DNA of 64,000 nt from Lentimicrobiaceae bacterium. GTDB lineage: Bacteria; Bacteroidota; Bacteroidia; Bacteroidales; UBA4417. This document shows positions 35,097 to 43,848 of this stretch, in pieces. Each line of letters starts with the position of its first letter. Within the stretch, counting starts at the first letter, position 1. The stretch lies in NCBI GenBank assembly GCA_028697555.1, contig JAQVEX010000001.1:4585-68584 (forward strand), given 5' to 3'. Below the pieces are notes generated by a model. That model saw nothing but the letters and a program-made list of their open reading frames with translations, made no database searches and was not told where the DNA came from. A program made the translations under genes and the position numbers.

Positions 35097-36608
35097 TTAG
35101 TGTCTTCCTGCGCCTGATGAACTTCTTGAGCTACTGCTTGACGAGCCTGAAGACCTACTGCTTGAAGAACCACTCGAGTACGAGCTTGAGCTACTTCTTG
35201 AAGGACTTGTTGAATAGCTTCTTGAAGAACTACTTCTTGAAGGCGAACTGTAAGTCGAACTAGATTTTCTGGAAGGAGTATAAGTGTTAGTACTACCTCT
35301 CTGATTATTGCTTCTGTTTAAATTACTCGGTTGGCTATTCCTTTGAGTTGGAGTATATGAATCTCTGCGGCTTGGAGAAGTTGTTTCACTATTGTTTCTA
35401 TAACGTGGAGCAGTGTATTCCTGACGACTTCTGGGCTGATTGTGCCTTGGTGCTGTGTAACGCTGTGTTGAAGTGTTTCTGTCGGGGTTTACTGTATTAC
35501 CACGCTCAACGTTGGTGTCGGTTCTTCCGCTTCCCGTGTTGCTTCTAACATTAGCATCAGGTCTATTACGTTCTGCGTTTCTAACAGCCGGTGTTGAGGT
35601 ACGTCCTGAACCTGAAGTGTTATCAGCAGGAGGTCTAACATCGGTACGAGAGCGACTGACATTGGTGTTGGTTCTTCCGGCATTCGTAGCTTCATCTCGT
35701 CTTACTGTTGGATTAACATTAGTGTTATCGCCTCTTGGTGAGCTAACTGAGGTAGAAGTTCTAGCCGAAGTGTTTCTGGCTTCGTAGCGTTCGCCAAAAG
35801 TACTATATTCGCTATTACGAGGCAAAGTTGAGCCTGAGGCTACCGAGTTTCTTGGACCGTAGTAGTATGAGTTTTTATCTAAGCTATTGTAGTAATTGTT
35901 GTTAAAGTAATCGTATCCCGAACCGTACCAATAACCATCATAAAATCCATGCCAATATCCTGAGTAGTAACTTCCATATCCCCAGTAGCTATATGGGCTC
36001 CAGTAGCTATATGGGCTCCAATACCATGAATAATAAGGTCTATACCAGTAGCTTCTGTACCACGGATAGTAGCTATAGTAATATGAATACGAAGGATACC
36101 ACCAATTGTAACCCATATATATACTAACGCCGTAATAGTATGGGTCGTAGTCGTACCAGTATCTGTTAGTATAGTAGTCGGAATAATAACCACCATAATA
36201 GCAAGGATTGTGGAAACGTCTTATACGTGCAGTATATGCGTAGTCGTAGTAATCGTCGGAGTAGTAGCCTTCATCATCGTAATAGGCTTCACTATCATCA
36301 TAGGTGTATTCATCATCTTCATCTTGATAATTTTCGTAATCTTCGGCATAATACTCTTCTGATTTTTTCTCTTGTTCTTTTGCTAGACGCTCCTCGCGTA
36401 GTTTTTCTATGTATTCTCTACGCTCTTTTTCTAATTCAGCTCTTTTTTTAGCAAGTTCAATTTGTTTTTGAGCATATAGTTCACGCTCTTTTTGGGCTCT
36501 GCTGGGTGTAATGTATGCGTCGTCGTAGTTGTAAAAGTTTTGTGTTGTAGTACACGAAGTTAAAACAAAGACTAACACTACAAAAACTAATGTTACTATA
36601 TTTTTCAT
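35097..36608 (-). CDS. low-complexity lipoprotein: coiled-coil K/E segment, acidic Tyr segment, extreme Tyr/Trp-rich core, Ser/Thr/Arg/Asn-rich tail ending in poly-Ser
   Basis: 503 aa. Lipobox VLTSC. The long ORF persists despite biased composition, and the Ser codons are mixed (not a simple DNA repeat). Lies 55 nt upstream of the barrel gene on the same strand. Confidence 0.6.
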   Translation of the reverse strand: MKNIVTLVFVVLVFVLTSCTTTQNFYNYDDAYITPSRAQKERELYAQKQIELAKKRAELEKERREYIEKLREERLAKEQEKKSEEYYAEDYENYQDEDDEYTYDDSEAYYDDEGYYSDDYYDYAYTARIRRFHNPCYYGGYYSDYYTNRYWYDYDPYYYGVSIYMGYNWWYPSYSYYYSYYPWYRSYWYRPYYSWYWSPYSYWSPYSYWGYGSYYSGYWHGFYDGYWYGSGYDYFNNNYYNSLDKNSYYYGPRNSVASGSTLPRNSEYSTFGERYEARNTSARTSTSVSSPRGDNTNVNPTVRRDEATNAGRTNTNVSRSRTDVRPPADNTSGSGRTSTPAVRNAERNRPDANVRSNTGSGRTDTNVERGNTVNPDRNTSTQRYTAPRHNQPRSRQEYTAPRYRNNSETTSPSRRDSYTPTQRNSQPSNLNRSNNQRGSTNTYTPSRKSSSTYSSPSRSSSSRSYSTSPSRSSSSSYSSGSSSSRSSGSSSSSSRSSSGAGRH

Positions 36609-36680
36609 GGCAATTAGGTATTAATCTGATTGTTACGTATATTATTGAACAAAACTAATAGGCAAAATAATAAAACTCAT

Positions 36681-36711
36681 GTTGACAACTGAATAATATT
36701 TTATAATTTTG
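36681..36711 (+). promoter_or_regulatory. candidate Bacteroidota-type promoter for proS
   Basis: -33-like GTTG (36681-36684), 19-nt spacer, -7 box TAATTTTG (36704-36711) matching TAnnTTTG. ATG lies 50 nt downstream. Confidence 0.45.
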
Positions 36712-36760
36712 CAGTCTCATATTAGTATATATTTACTTACAATAATTATACCACAATTTT

Positions 36761-38236
36761 ATGGCAAAAAATTTTGTAACGCGAGAAGAAAATTATTCAC
36801 AATGGTACAACGACTTAGTTATTAAGGCTAACTTGGCTGAAAATTCGGCTGTTAGAGGTTGTATGGTAATAAAACCCTACGGCTATTCCATATGGGAGCG
36901 TATGCAGAGGGCTTTAGATGATATGTTTAAAGAAACAGGACACGAGAATGCATATTTTCCTTTATTTATTCCCAAATCATTTTTTAGCCGCGAGGCTGAC
37001 CATGTTGAGGGTTTTGCTAAGGAGTGTGCTGTTGTTACACACTACAGATTAAGAAATTCGTCTGATGGCTCAGGTGTTGAAGTTGACCCTGATGCAAAAT
37101 TAGAAGAGGAACTTATCATTAGACCGACTTCAGAAACTATAATATGGGATACGTATCGCAATTGGATACAATCGTATCGCGATTTGCCTTTACTTATAAA
37201 TCAGTGGGCTAATGTTGTTAGATGGGAGATGCGAACACGCTTGTTTTTGCGTACTGCCGAGTTTTTGTGGCAAGAAGGTCATACAGCTCACGCAACCGAG
37301 CAAGAAGCTATTGAAGAAACGGAAAAGATGATAAACGTATATGCCGATTTTGCTGAAAATTGGATGGCTATGCCCGTACTTAAAGGTATAAAATCGCCTA
37401 ATGAAAGATTTGCTGGTGCTGTTGAAACGTATTGTATAGAAGCCCTTATGCAAGACGGTAAAGCCTTGCAAGCCGGCACTTCACACTTTTTAGGACAAAA
37501 CTTTGCAAAAGCATTCAATGTACAGTTTTTAAATAGCGAAAACACTCTTGAATACGTTTGGGCTACTTCGTGGGGAGTTTCAACCAGATTGATGGGAGCA
37601 CTTGTTATGAGCCATTCTGATGACCACGGACTTGTTCTGCCTCCAAAATTAGCACCTGTTCAGGTTGTTATTGTTCCAATATATAAATCAGATGAGCAAT
37701 TGCAACTTATCAATGAAACGGTTGAACCTATTATTGCCGATTTAAAGAAATTAGATATCAGAGTTAAGTACGACAACAGAACAACACAAAAACCCGGGTG
37801 GAAGTTTAACGAATATGAGTTTCAAGGAGTTCCGGTGCGCATAGCAGTTGGTCCCAGAGATATTGAAAACAAAACTGTTGAGGTTGCTCGTAGAGATACA
37901 TTAGAAAAAAAATCGTACCAAATGGCTGGTATTGACGTTGTTATTAAAAATTTGTTGGAGCAAATTCAAAAAAATCTATATATAAAAGCCTTAGATTTTA
38001 GAGAAGAAAATACGAGAAAAGCCGATTCTTGGGACGAATTTGTCGATATTATAGAAAATAAAGGAGGTTTTGTATATGCACATTGGGACGGAACTTCCGA
38101 AACCGAACAAATTATTAAAGACAAGACAAAAGCAACAATACGTTTAATTCCAATTGAAGGAAAGAAAGAACCTGGAAAATGTATTTTAACAGGTAAGCCT
38201 TCCGAACAAAGAGTTGTTTTTGCAAGGTCTTATTAA
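36761..38236 (+). CDS. proS: prolyl-tRNA synthetase (archaeal/eukaryote-like type)
   Basis: 491 aa. Class II motifs ([29 protein letters not shown]). The C-terminal Y-terminated domain is typical of the short ProRS form. Confidence 0.95.
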   Translation: MAKNFVTREENYSQWYNDLVIKANLAENSAVRGCMVIKPYGYSIWERMQRALDDMFKETGHENAYFPLFIPKSFFSREADHVEGFAKECAVVTHYRLRNSSDGSGVEVDPDAKLEEELIIRPTSETIIWDTYRNWIQSYRDLPLLINQWANVVRWEMRTRLFLRTAEFLWQEGHTAHATEQEAIEETEKMINVYADFAENWMAMPVLKGIKSPNERFAGAVETYCIEALMQDGKALQAGTSHFLGQNFAKAFNVQFLNSENTLEYVWATSWGVSTRLMGALVMSHSDDHGLVLPPKLAPVQVVIVPIYKSDEQLQLINETVEPIIADLKKLDIRVKYDNRTTQKPGWKFNEYEFQGVPVRIAVGPRDIENKTVEVARRDTLEKKSYQMAGIDVVIKNLLEQIQKNLYIKALDFREENTRKADSWDEFVDIIENKGGFVYAHWDGTSETEQIIKDKTKATIRLIPIEGKKEPGKCILTGKPSEQRVVFARSY

Positions 38237-38260
38237 ATTAGATAAAAGCTTCTACTTAAA

Positions 38261-39013
38261 ATGTCAGTTACTGCAATTGTTATCATTCCAGCTCGCTACC
38301 ATTCAACACGCTTTCCGGGCAAGCCTTTGGCAGATATTAATGGTAAAACCATGATAAACAGGGTTTATGAGCAGGCTATTCAGAGTAAATTAGCCTCGCA
38401 AGTGTGGGTTGCAACCGATAATGAACAAATCTTTAACCATGTAGAAAGCTTTGGAGGCAAGGCAATTTATACATCGCCGGAGCATGGTAGCGGCACTTCA
38501 AGAGTTACCGAAGCTGCATCGTTATTATTAGATAAAAACGATGCGATAATTGTAAACCTGCAAGGCGACGAACCTTTTATTAACCCTCAGCAAATAGACG
38601 ATTTAATAAAATTGTTTGAAGATGATAAAGTTGAAATAGCAACTTTGGTGAAAAAAATTGATACTATAGATGAGCTCAAAAGTGTTGGAGAAGCAAAAGT
38701 TGTAGTTGACCACGAAAACAATGCCATGTATTTCAGTAGAAGCATCATTCCATTCGACAATAGCAAGAACATAGATGTAGAAAACAACACATACTACAAA
38801 CATGTTGGAATATACGCTTACAGGTATTCAACTTTAAAAGAAATCGATAAGTTATCTCCCTGCGATACGGAAAAACTTGAAAGCCTTGAGCAACTGAGGT
38901 GGCTATACTTCGGATACAAAATTAAGGTCGCAAAAACCGAGTACGAATCGTATTGTATAGATACACCCGAAGATTTAAAAAAACTTATTAACAAAAAGTT
39001 GCCTAATTATTAG
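38261..39013 (+). CDS. kdsB: 3-deoxy-manno-octulosonate cytidylyltransferase (CMP-Kdo synthetase)
   Basis: 250 aa. IIPARYHSTRFPGKPL N-terminus, NLQGDEPF motif. Confidence 0.9.
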   Translation: MSVTAIVIIPARYHSTRFPGKPLADINGKTMINRVYEQAIQSKLASQVWVATDNEQIFNHVESFGGKAIYTSPEHGSGTSRVTEAASLLLDKNDAIIVNLQGDEPFINPQQIDDLIKLFEDDKVEIATLVKKIDTIDELKSVGEAKVVVDHENNAMYFSRSIIPFDNSKNIDVENNTYYKHVGIYAYRYSTLKEIDKLSPCDTEKLESLEQLRWLYFGYKIKVAKTEYESYCIDTPEDLKKLINKKLPNY

Positions 39014-39052
39014 ATTTTATTTAATTTAGCGGTCTGTTTAATGTATTAAACT

Positions 39053-40108
39053 ATGCCTATTATGATAACAAAAGCAATAACCGATTTATTATATCATAAC
39101 GAATGTGTTGTAATACCAGGTTTTGGGGGCTTTGTTAGGTCAAATACCTCATCAAGTATTAATACACAGCGTTCCGAAATAATACCACCCAATAGTCGAT
39201 TAATGTTCAACGATGCGATAAAAAATAACGACGGCTTGCTTTATCACTATATTTCGATAATTAATAATTGTGCGTATTCCGAATCGAAGCAATTGGTTGA
39301 TAATTGGGTTATTACTAATGTAGGGAAATTGCAAAAAAAGCAAGCAATTATATTAGACGGCTTAGGATATTTGAAATACGGAAGCCAGGGAAATATTGAG
39401 TTTGTTCCTAATATGCAAGCAAATTACAATATTAACAGTTTTGGATTACCTAACTTGAAACTTTATCCCGTCAGACATGTACCCGTTGAAACTGTTTCTG
39501 AACCTGTTGTGGCAAAAACCGTAACCTTTAAGCCAAACAATGTAGCTCTTGAAACATTAAAATGGGCTGCTGTGCTTCTTCCTTTTGTCGGATTGGGAAT
39601 AGCAGCGGGTATTAATAACAAACCCATAAATAAGTTTTTAAATAATCAGACGGGTTTGTTTTCGTGGGTGGTTAGCACGCCTGGAAAAACTATTGAAGAG
39701 AAAAACTTTAATATTGCCGAAAAGGACAACAGTATTTCTAAAATAGAAACCTACGAGCCTAAGTCGCCAGCTGATTATATGAGTTTTAGCGAATTTGTTT
39801 CTTTGCAAACTGAAAGCAAAAAAGAGGCAGAGGTAAAAAATACTATTAGCGATGAGGTAGTAGATGAGTCTGCGTCCCAAGCAGGTTATTACATTATTGG
39901 CGGAGCATTTTCTAAAAGTAGTAATGCCGAAAATTTTTGCAAAATTTCAAAATTAGACGGTTACAATACAGCCGGTATAATCGGAACAACTCCAAGCGGT
40001 CTTATACTTGTTAGTCTGTGTAAATTTGACAATATAAACGAAGCGACAAAAATGCTCAATGAAGTCAAATCATCGGGACACGAGCAAGCATGGATATATA
40101 AGAAGTAA
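39053..40108 (+). CDS. HU-CCDC81-like N-domain / SPOR C-domain protein (single TM)
   Basis: 351 aa. N-terminal LLYHNECVVIPGFGGFV pattern, central TM segment, C-terminal GYYIIGGAFSKSSNAENF SPOR-like domain. Confidence 0.6.
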   Translation: MPIMITKAITDLLYHNECVVIPGFGGFVRSNTSSSINTQRSEIIPPNSRLMFNDAIKNNDGLLYHYISIINNCAYSESKQLVDNWVITNVGKLQKKQAIILDGLGYLKYGSQGNIEFVPNMQANYNINSFGLPNLKLYPVRHVPVETVSEPVVAKTVTFKPNNVALETLKWAAVLLPFVGLGIAAGINNKPINKFLNNQTGLFSWVVSTPGKTIEEKNFNIAEKDNSISKIETYEPKSPADYMSFSEFVSLQTESKKEAEVKNTISDEVVDESASQAGYYIIGGAFSKSSNAENFCKISKLDGYNTAGIIGTTPSGLILVSLCKFDNINEATKMLNEVKSSGHEQAWIYKK

Positions 40109-40125
40109 AGTTATAAAACAGCAAA

Positions 40126-40797
40126 TTGGCACGTAATAAATTAAAGAAGTTTAAAGAAACCTCAGAGTTTTACCATTTTTTTCAGCCTACACGTCAGGAA
40201 TTATTAGATGGCTTTGAATTGAGAGGAAGATGGAATAAGATTTTCTTTAAAAATGATGTTCCGCTTATCATTGAGGTAGGTTGTGGTAGAGGCGAATATG
40301 TTGTTGAGTTATCTCAAAAATTTCCGAACAAAAACTTCATAGGTATTGATAAAAAGGGAGCCAGAATGTGGACAGGTGCTAAATATACAATCGACCAAAA
40401 CATTACAAATGTTGCTTTTTTACGAATTTTAGCCGAAGACGTTAATCTTGCGTTTGCCCAAAACGAAGTTGACGAAATATGGATTACTTTTCCTGAGCCT
40501 CAACCCAAAAAATCTAAGGAAGCAAAACGATTTACCTCGCCTGAATTTTTGAAAAGATATGCACAAATTCTGAAATCAGATGCAGTTATCAATCTTAAAA
40601 CCGATGATACCGCTTTTTTTGATTACACGCTTAGTGTTATCGAAAAATACAACCACGAAATCTTGTACGTAACGGAAGATTTATATGCTCAAAATAGCTT
40701 GAACGATAACGAAATTTTGAATATAAAAACTCATTACGAAAGTATATGGTTAGATAAGGGTTTAACTATAAAGTATCTAAAATTTAAGTTAAAATAG
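40126..40797 (+). CDS. trmB: tRNA (guanine46-N7)-methyltransferase
   Basis: 223 aa (TTG start per ORF track). EVGCGRGEY SAM motif, WITFPEPQPKK motif. Its stop codon TAG is the first 3 nt of a heptamer array. Confidence 0.85.
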   Translation: MARNKLKKFKETSEFYHFFQPTRQELLDGFELRGRWNKIFFKNDVPLIIEVGCGRGEYVVELSQKFPNKNFIGIDKKGARMWTGAKYTIDQNITNVAFLRILAEDVNLAFAQNEVDEIWITFPEPQPKKSKEAKRFTSPEFLKRYAQILKSDAVINLKTDDTAFFDYTLSVIEKYNHEILYVTEDLYAQNSLNDNEILNIKTHYESIWLDKGLTIKYLKFKLK

Positions 40798-40857
40798 CTC
40801 TTGGCTTTTAGCCTTTGGCTTTTTGGTTGGTACGTGGTTCGGGTTGCGTGTTGTGAC
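40795..40857. repeat. heptamer array, 9 units, starting on the trmB stop codon
   Basis: TAGCTCT TGGCTTT TAGCCTT TGGCTTT TTGGTTG GTACGTG GTTCGGG TTGCGTG TTGTGAC. Confidence 0.85.
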
Positions 40858-40923
40858 ATTTTCGGTCATTGAGTGCGATATTGAGCGAAGCGAAATATCG
40901 GTGTATCGAAATGCCGAAAATGG
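40855..40923 (+). repeat. conserved nested-hairpin element, copy 2
   Basis: GACATTTTCGGTCATTGAGTGCGATATTGAGCGAAGCGAAATATCGGTGTATCGAAATGCCGAAAATGG. Differs from copy 1 by one deleted C and one G-to-A change. Confidence 0.85.
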
Positions 40924-40995
40924 AGAGTAAATAGTGTTGCGGGGTAGCTGTTGGCTAAAATTTTACTTATTAAAAATCCTTTTTACTCAGAATAT

Positions 40996-41054
40996 GTATA
41001 AAAGAAACGTTAAAAATTTCTGAATCCCTGTAAGAAATTTAGTTTCTTTTATAC
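40996..41054. other. long AT-rich nested hairpin
   Basis: GTATAAAAGAAAC (40996-41008) pairs with GTTTCTTTTATAC (41042-41054). Inner AAATTTCT (41014-41021) pairs with AGAAATTT (41033-41040). Confidence 0.65.
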
Positions 41055-41227
41055 GGTTTTTATTGTCTAAAGGCAATAAAAAATTCCTTGTAAAAAGTGT
41101 CTTTTCTTTTGTTTCGTTTTCTTTGGACAAGCAAAGAAAATGAAAGGAACCAAATAGAAACTGTAAAAGTTTAATGATTGCGGACTTGCCACACGATGCA
41201 ATCGTGCGGCAGCAAAGGGATTAAAAT

Positions 41228-41458
41228 AGCTCTTGGCTTTTAGCCTTTGGCTGTTGGCTGTTACGTGGTGTGTGGTGCGTGGTCGGGTTATCAATTAACA
41301 ATGAGCAATGAGCCCCGAAGTTTCGGGAGAGTACCGTAACTCCCGACTCGTAACTTGTAACTCGTAACTCAATACTTCTACCTTCTGACTTCTAATTTCT
41401 AATTTTATTCTGCTAAAGGCTAACGGCTAAAAGCAAATAGCCAACAGCTAACAGCCAA
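41228..41458. repeat. heptamer array, exactly 33 units, ending 1 nt before the amidohydrolase stop; core CCCCGAAGTTTCGGGA at 41313-41328
   Basis: AGCTCTT GGCTTTT AGCCTTT GGCTGTT GGCTGTT ACGTGGT GTGTGGT GCGTGGT CGGGTTA TCAATTA ACAATGA GCAATGA GCCCCGA AGTTTCG GGAGAGT ACCGTAA CTCCCGA CTCGTAA CTTGTAA CTCGTAA CTCAATA CTTCTAC CTTCTGA CTTCTAA TTTCTAA TTTTATT CTGCTAA AGGCTAA CGGCTAA AAGCAAA TAGCCAA CAGCTAA CAGCCAA. Confidence 0.9.
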
Positions 41459-41459
41459 T

Positions 41460-42647
41460 TTACAAACTTTGCATAATCGCGTACGCCATAAATCCGGCAC
41501 CATTTGCTATAGCTCTTTCGTCGATATCAAAAATAGGGGTGTGTATATTCCTTATTTCTTTCCAATCTGGATTTTTTACACCTAAACGGTAAAAACAAGC
41601 AGGTACAACGTGTGAGTAGTAGGCAAAATCTTCGGCTGTCATTCTTGGCTCAATGTCAACAACATTGTTTTTTCCAAAGTAGCTGATAGCAGCTTTTTTC
41701 ATGTTTTGAGTTAAAGCCTTGTCGTTTAATAAATAAGGGTAACCTTTATCGATAAAGACTTCACACTCGGCGCCCATAGCATTGGCAATATTTTTTGCAA
41801 TATGAGTAATTTTTTCGTGAGCTTCGGCACGCCATTTTTCGTCGAAAGTGCGTATTGTTCCGTCAATTTTAACAATATCGGGTAGAACGTTAGTCCTGCC
41901 TTCGGCGATAAATCTACCAAAACTTAATACTGTAGGAATAGTTGGAGGAGCACATCTGCTAACTACTTGCTGCAGCGCAACTACTATATGCGAAGCCGTC
42001 AAAACCGTATCGGTACTTAGGTTGGGTAAAGCTCCGTGTCCGCCTTTACCTTTTATTGTCAGATAAATTTCATCGGTGCTAGCCATAGCTTTTCCGCTAA
42101 CAAAACCAACCTTTCCTACTTCCAATTCGGGTAAAACGTGTTCGCCGATAATAAATTGCGGAGTTGGATTTGTGAGTACGCCTTCTTCAATCATAGCTTT
42201 TGCTCCACCCGGAAAAGTTTCTTCCGAAGGTTGAAAAATAAATCGTACGGTTCCATTAAATTTATCTTTAAAATTATTGAGAATAAATATCGCACCAAGC
42301 AAGCAAGTCATGTGAACGTCATGTCCGCATGCGTGCATAACACCAGGGTTAATAGAAGCGTAATCAACATTGTTTTTTTCGCTTATGGGTAGTGCATCCA
42401 TGTCGGCTCTAAGTGCAACGGTTTTGCTTTCGGGATTAACACCTTTAATTTCGCCCACTATACCATAACCGCCAATATTACAACTATGCTTTATCTTCCA
42501 TTTAGACAAAACAGAGCTAATAAAATCGGCAGTTTTTTCTTCTTGCTTAGAAAGCTCAGGGTGTTTATGAAGATGTCTTCTGTAACCTATAAGTTCAGTT
42601 TCTATTTTTTCAGAAAGGCTTTTTATTTCATCAATTAAGCTTTGCAT
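41460..42647 (-). CDS. M20-family amidohydrolase (N-acyl-L-amino-acid amidohydrolase/hippuricase-like)
   Basis: ORF 41460..42680. RRHLHKHPELSKQE, ACGHDVH, FQPSEE motifs. Start placed at ATG 42647..42645 (MQSLIDEI), which gives the usual N-terminal length; ATG 42680 is also possible. Confidence 0.8.
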   Translation of the reverse strand: MQSLIDEIKSLSEKIETELIGYRRHLHKHPELSKQEEKTADFISSVLSKWKIKHSCNIGGYGIVGEIKGVNPESKTVALRADMDALPISEKNNVDYASINPGVMHACGHDVHMTCLLGAIFILNNFKDKFNGTVRFIFQPSEETFPGGAKAMIEEGVLTNPTPQFIIGEHVLPELEVGKVGFVSGKAMASTDEIYLTIKGKGGHGALPNLSTDTVLTASHIVVALQQVVSRCAPPTIPTVLSFGRFIAEGRTNVLPDIVKIDGTIRTFDEKWRAEAHEKITHIAKNIANAMGAECEVFIDKGYPYLLNDKALTQNMKKAAISYFGKNNVVDIEPRMTAEDFAYYSHVVPACFYRLGVKNPDWKEIRNIHTPIFDIDERAIANGAGFMAYAIMQSL

Positions 42648-42741
42648 TTGAATTATTTTTAAAACAAAATTATTTTTCAATCAACAAAGTGTCGGTTCCG
42701 ACAAATTTGAGCGAATAATCAGCCAAGCAATAAACCTTCGG

Positions 42742-43818
42742 TTACGAGTAAACAATAGGTTTTATTTCATTTCTGAGTACAAGCAAACCGTTGTTAGCCA
42801 ATGCGTTCATTTCGTCTTCGCCCGGATACACAAAAATCGGTGCAATTTTTTCAACTCTTTCTTTAATAAGCTGGATTATCTGCTTGTTGTGAGCTATGCC
42901 GCCTGTAAACAATATTGCATCGACATCGAAATACAGTACCGAAGCCATCATACCAATATATTTTGCAATTTGGTAGGCGAAAGCTAAAATTACATTTTTG
43001 GCTTCTTCGTCGCCATCTTCGGCTCTTTTGGCAATATCTATAACACTATTTGTGCCTAAATATGCTACCATACCGCCTTTGCCGACAACCATTTTAAGGA
43101 CTTCGCTTTCGGTGTATTTACCGCTATAACATAACCTGACTAAGTCTCCACTTGGCAAAGTTCCGCTCCTTTCGGGCGAAAAAGGCCCTTCTCCGTCAAG
43201 AGTTTGGTTAACATCAATAACTTTTCCCTTGCAGTGAGCACCAACACTAACGCCGCCTCCCATGTGAATTACAATCAAATTAAGGTCTTCGTATTTCTTA
43301 TCTATCGATTTAGCGTATTGTCTGGCTATTGCTTTATGATTTAGTGCGTGAAAAATAGAAGTTCTTTTAAAAGCAGGATGTCCCGAATATCTCGCTACAT
43401 CTTGAAGCTCATCGACAACAACGGGGTCGGTAATGTATGCTTTTGCCTTAGGCAACGATTCAGCAATATCGGCTGCAATAAGTCCGCCCAAATTGCTAGC
43501 ATGTTCCTTAGTGGTATTGTATTTCAAATCATTTATCAAAGCATCATTTACCTCATAAACGCCCGAAGGAATTGGCTTAACAAGTCCTCCTCTTCCCATA
43601 ATGAGGTCGAAAGAGTTTAGGTCTATTTTGTTTTCTAAAAGAACCTTAATAATAATTTCCTTGCGAAAATGGAATTGGTCGGTTATGCTTTTAAATACAG
43701 ACAATTCTTCGGCGGAATGTTTAATATTCGTCTCGAAGTAGCATTTTTCATTAACAAAACATGCAATTTTTGTTGATGTAGAGCCCGGATTGATGGCTAA
43801 AATATTAAAATCAGTCAT
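42742..43818 (-). CDS. buk: butyrate kinase
   Basis: 358 aa. ILAINPGSTSTK N-terminus, HMGGGVSVGAH, ASKHA fold. Downstream of ptb. Confidence 0.9.
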   Translation of the reverse strand: MTDFNILAINPGSTSTKIACFVNEKCYFETNIKHSAEELSVFKSITDQFHFRKEIIIKVLLENKIDLNSFDLIMGRGGLVKPIPSGVYEVNDALINDLKYNTTKEHASNLGGLIAADIAESLPKAKAYITDPVVVDELQDVARYSGHPAFKRTSIFHALNHKAIARQYAKSIDKKYEDLNLIVIHMGGGVSVGAHCKGKVIDVNQTLDGEGPFSPERSGTLPSGDLVRLCYSGKYTESEVLKMVVGKGGMVAYLGTNSVIDIAKRAEDGDEEAKNVILAFAYQIAKYIGMMASVLYFDVDAILFTGGIAHNKQIIQLIKERVEKIAPIFVYPGEDEMNALANNGLLVLRNEIKPIVYS

Positions 43819-43848
43819 AAAAAATACAGGTTTACAAGTTTGTTAATA

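Noticed and set aside
40925-41225. Known housekeeping RNAs (tmRNA, RNase P, SRP, 6S) in the long non-coding stretches
   Set aside because: I could not find the signature motifs I know, such as the RNase P GAGGAAAGTCC or the tRNA-like tmRNA ends. The regions are instead made of simple AT-rich palindromes. This cannot be excluded without covariance-model searches.
41067-41294. 75-aa minus-strand ORF spanning the hairpin cassette and heptamer array
   Set aside because: It crosses the 32-nt direct repeat and heptamer units, has low-complexity translation, and has no start context or homolog pattern.
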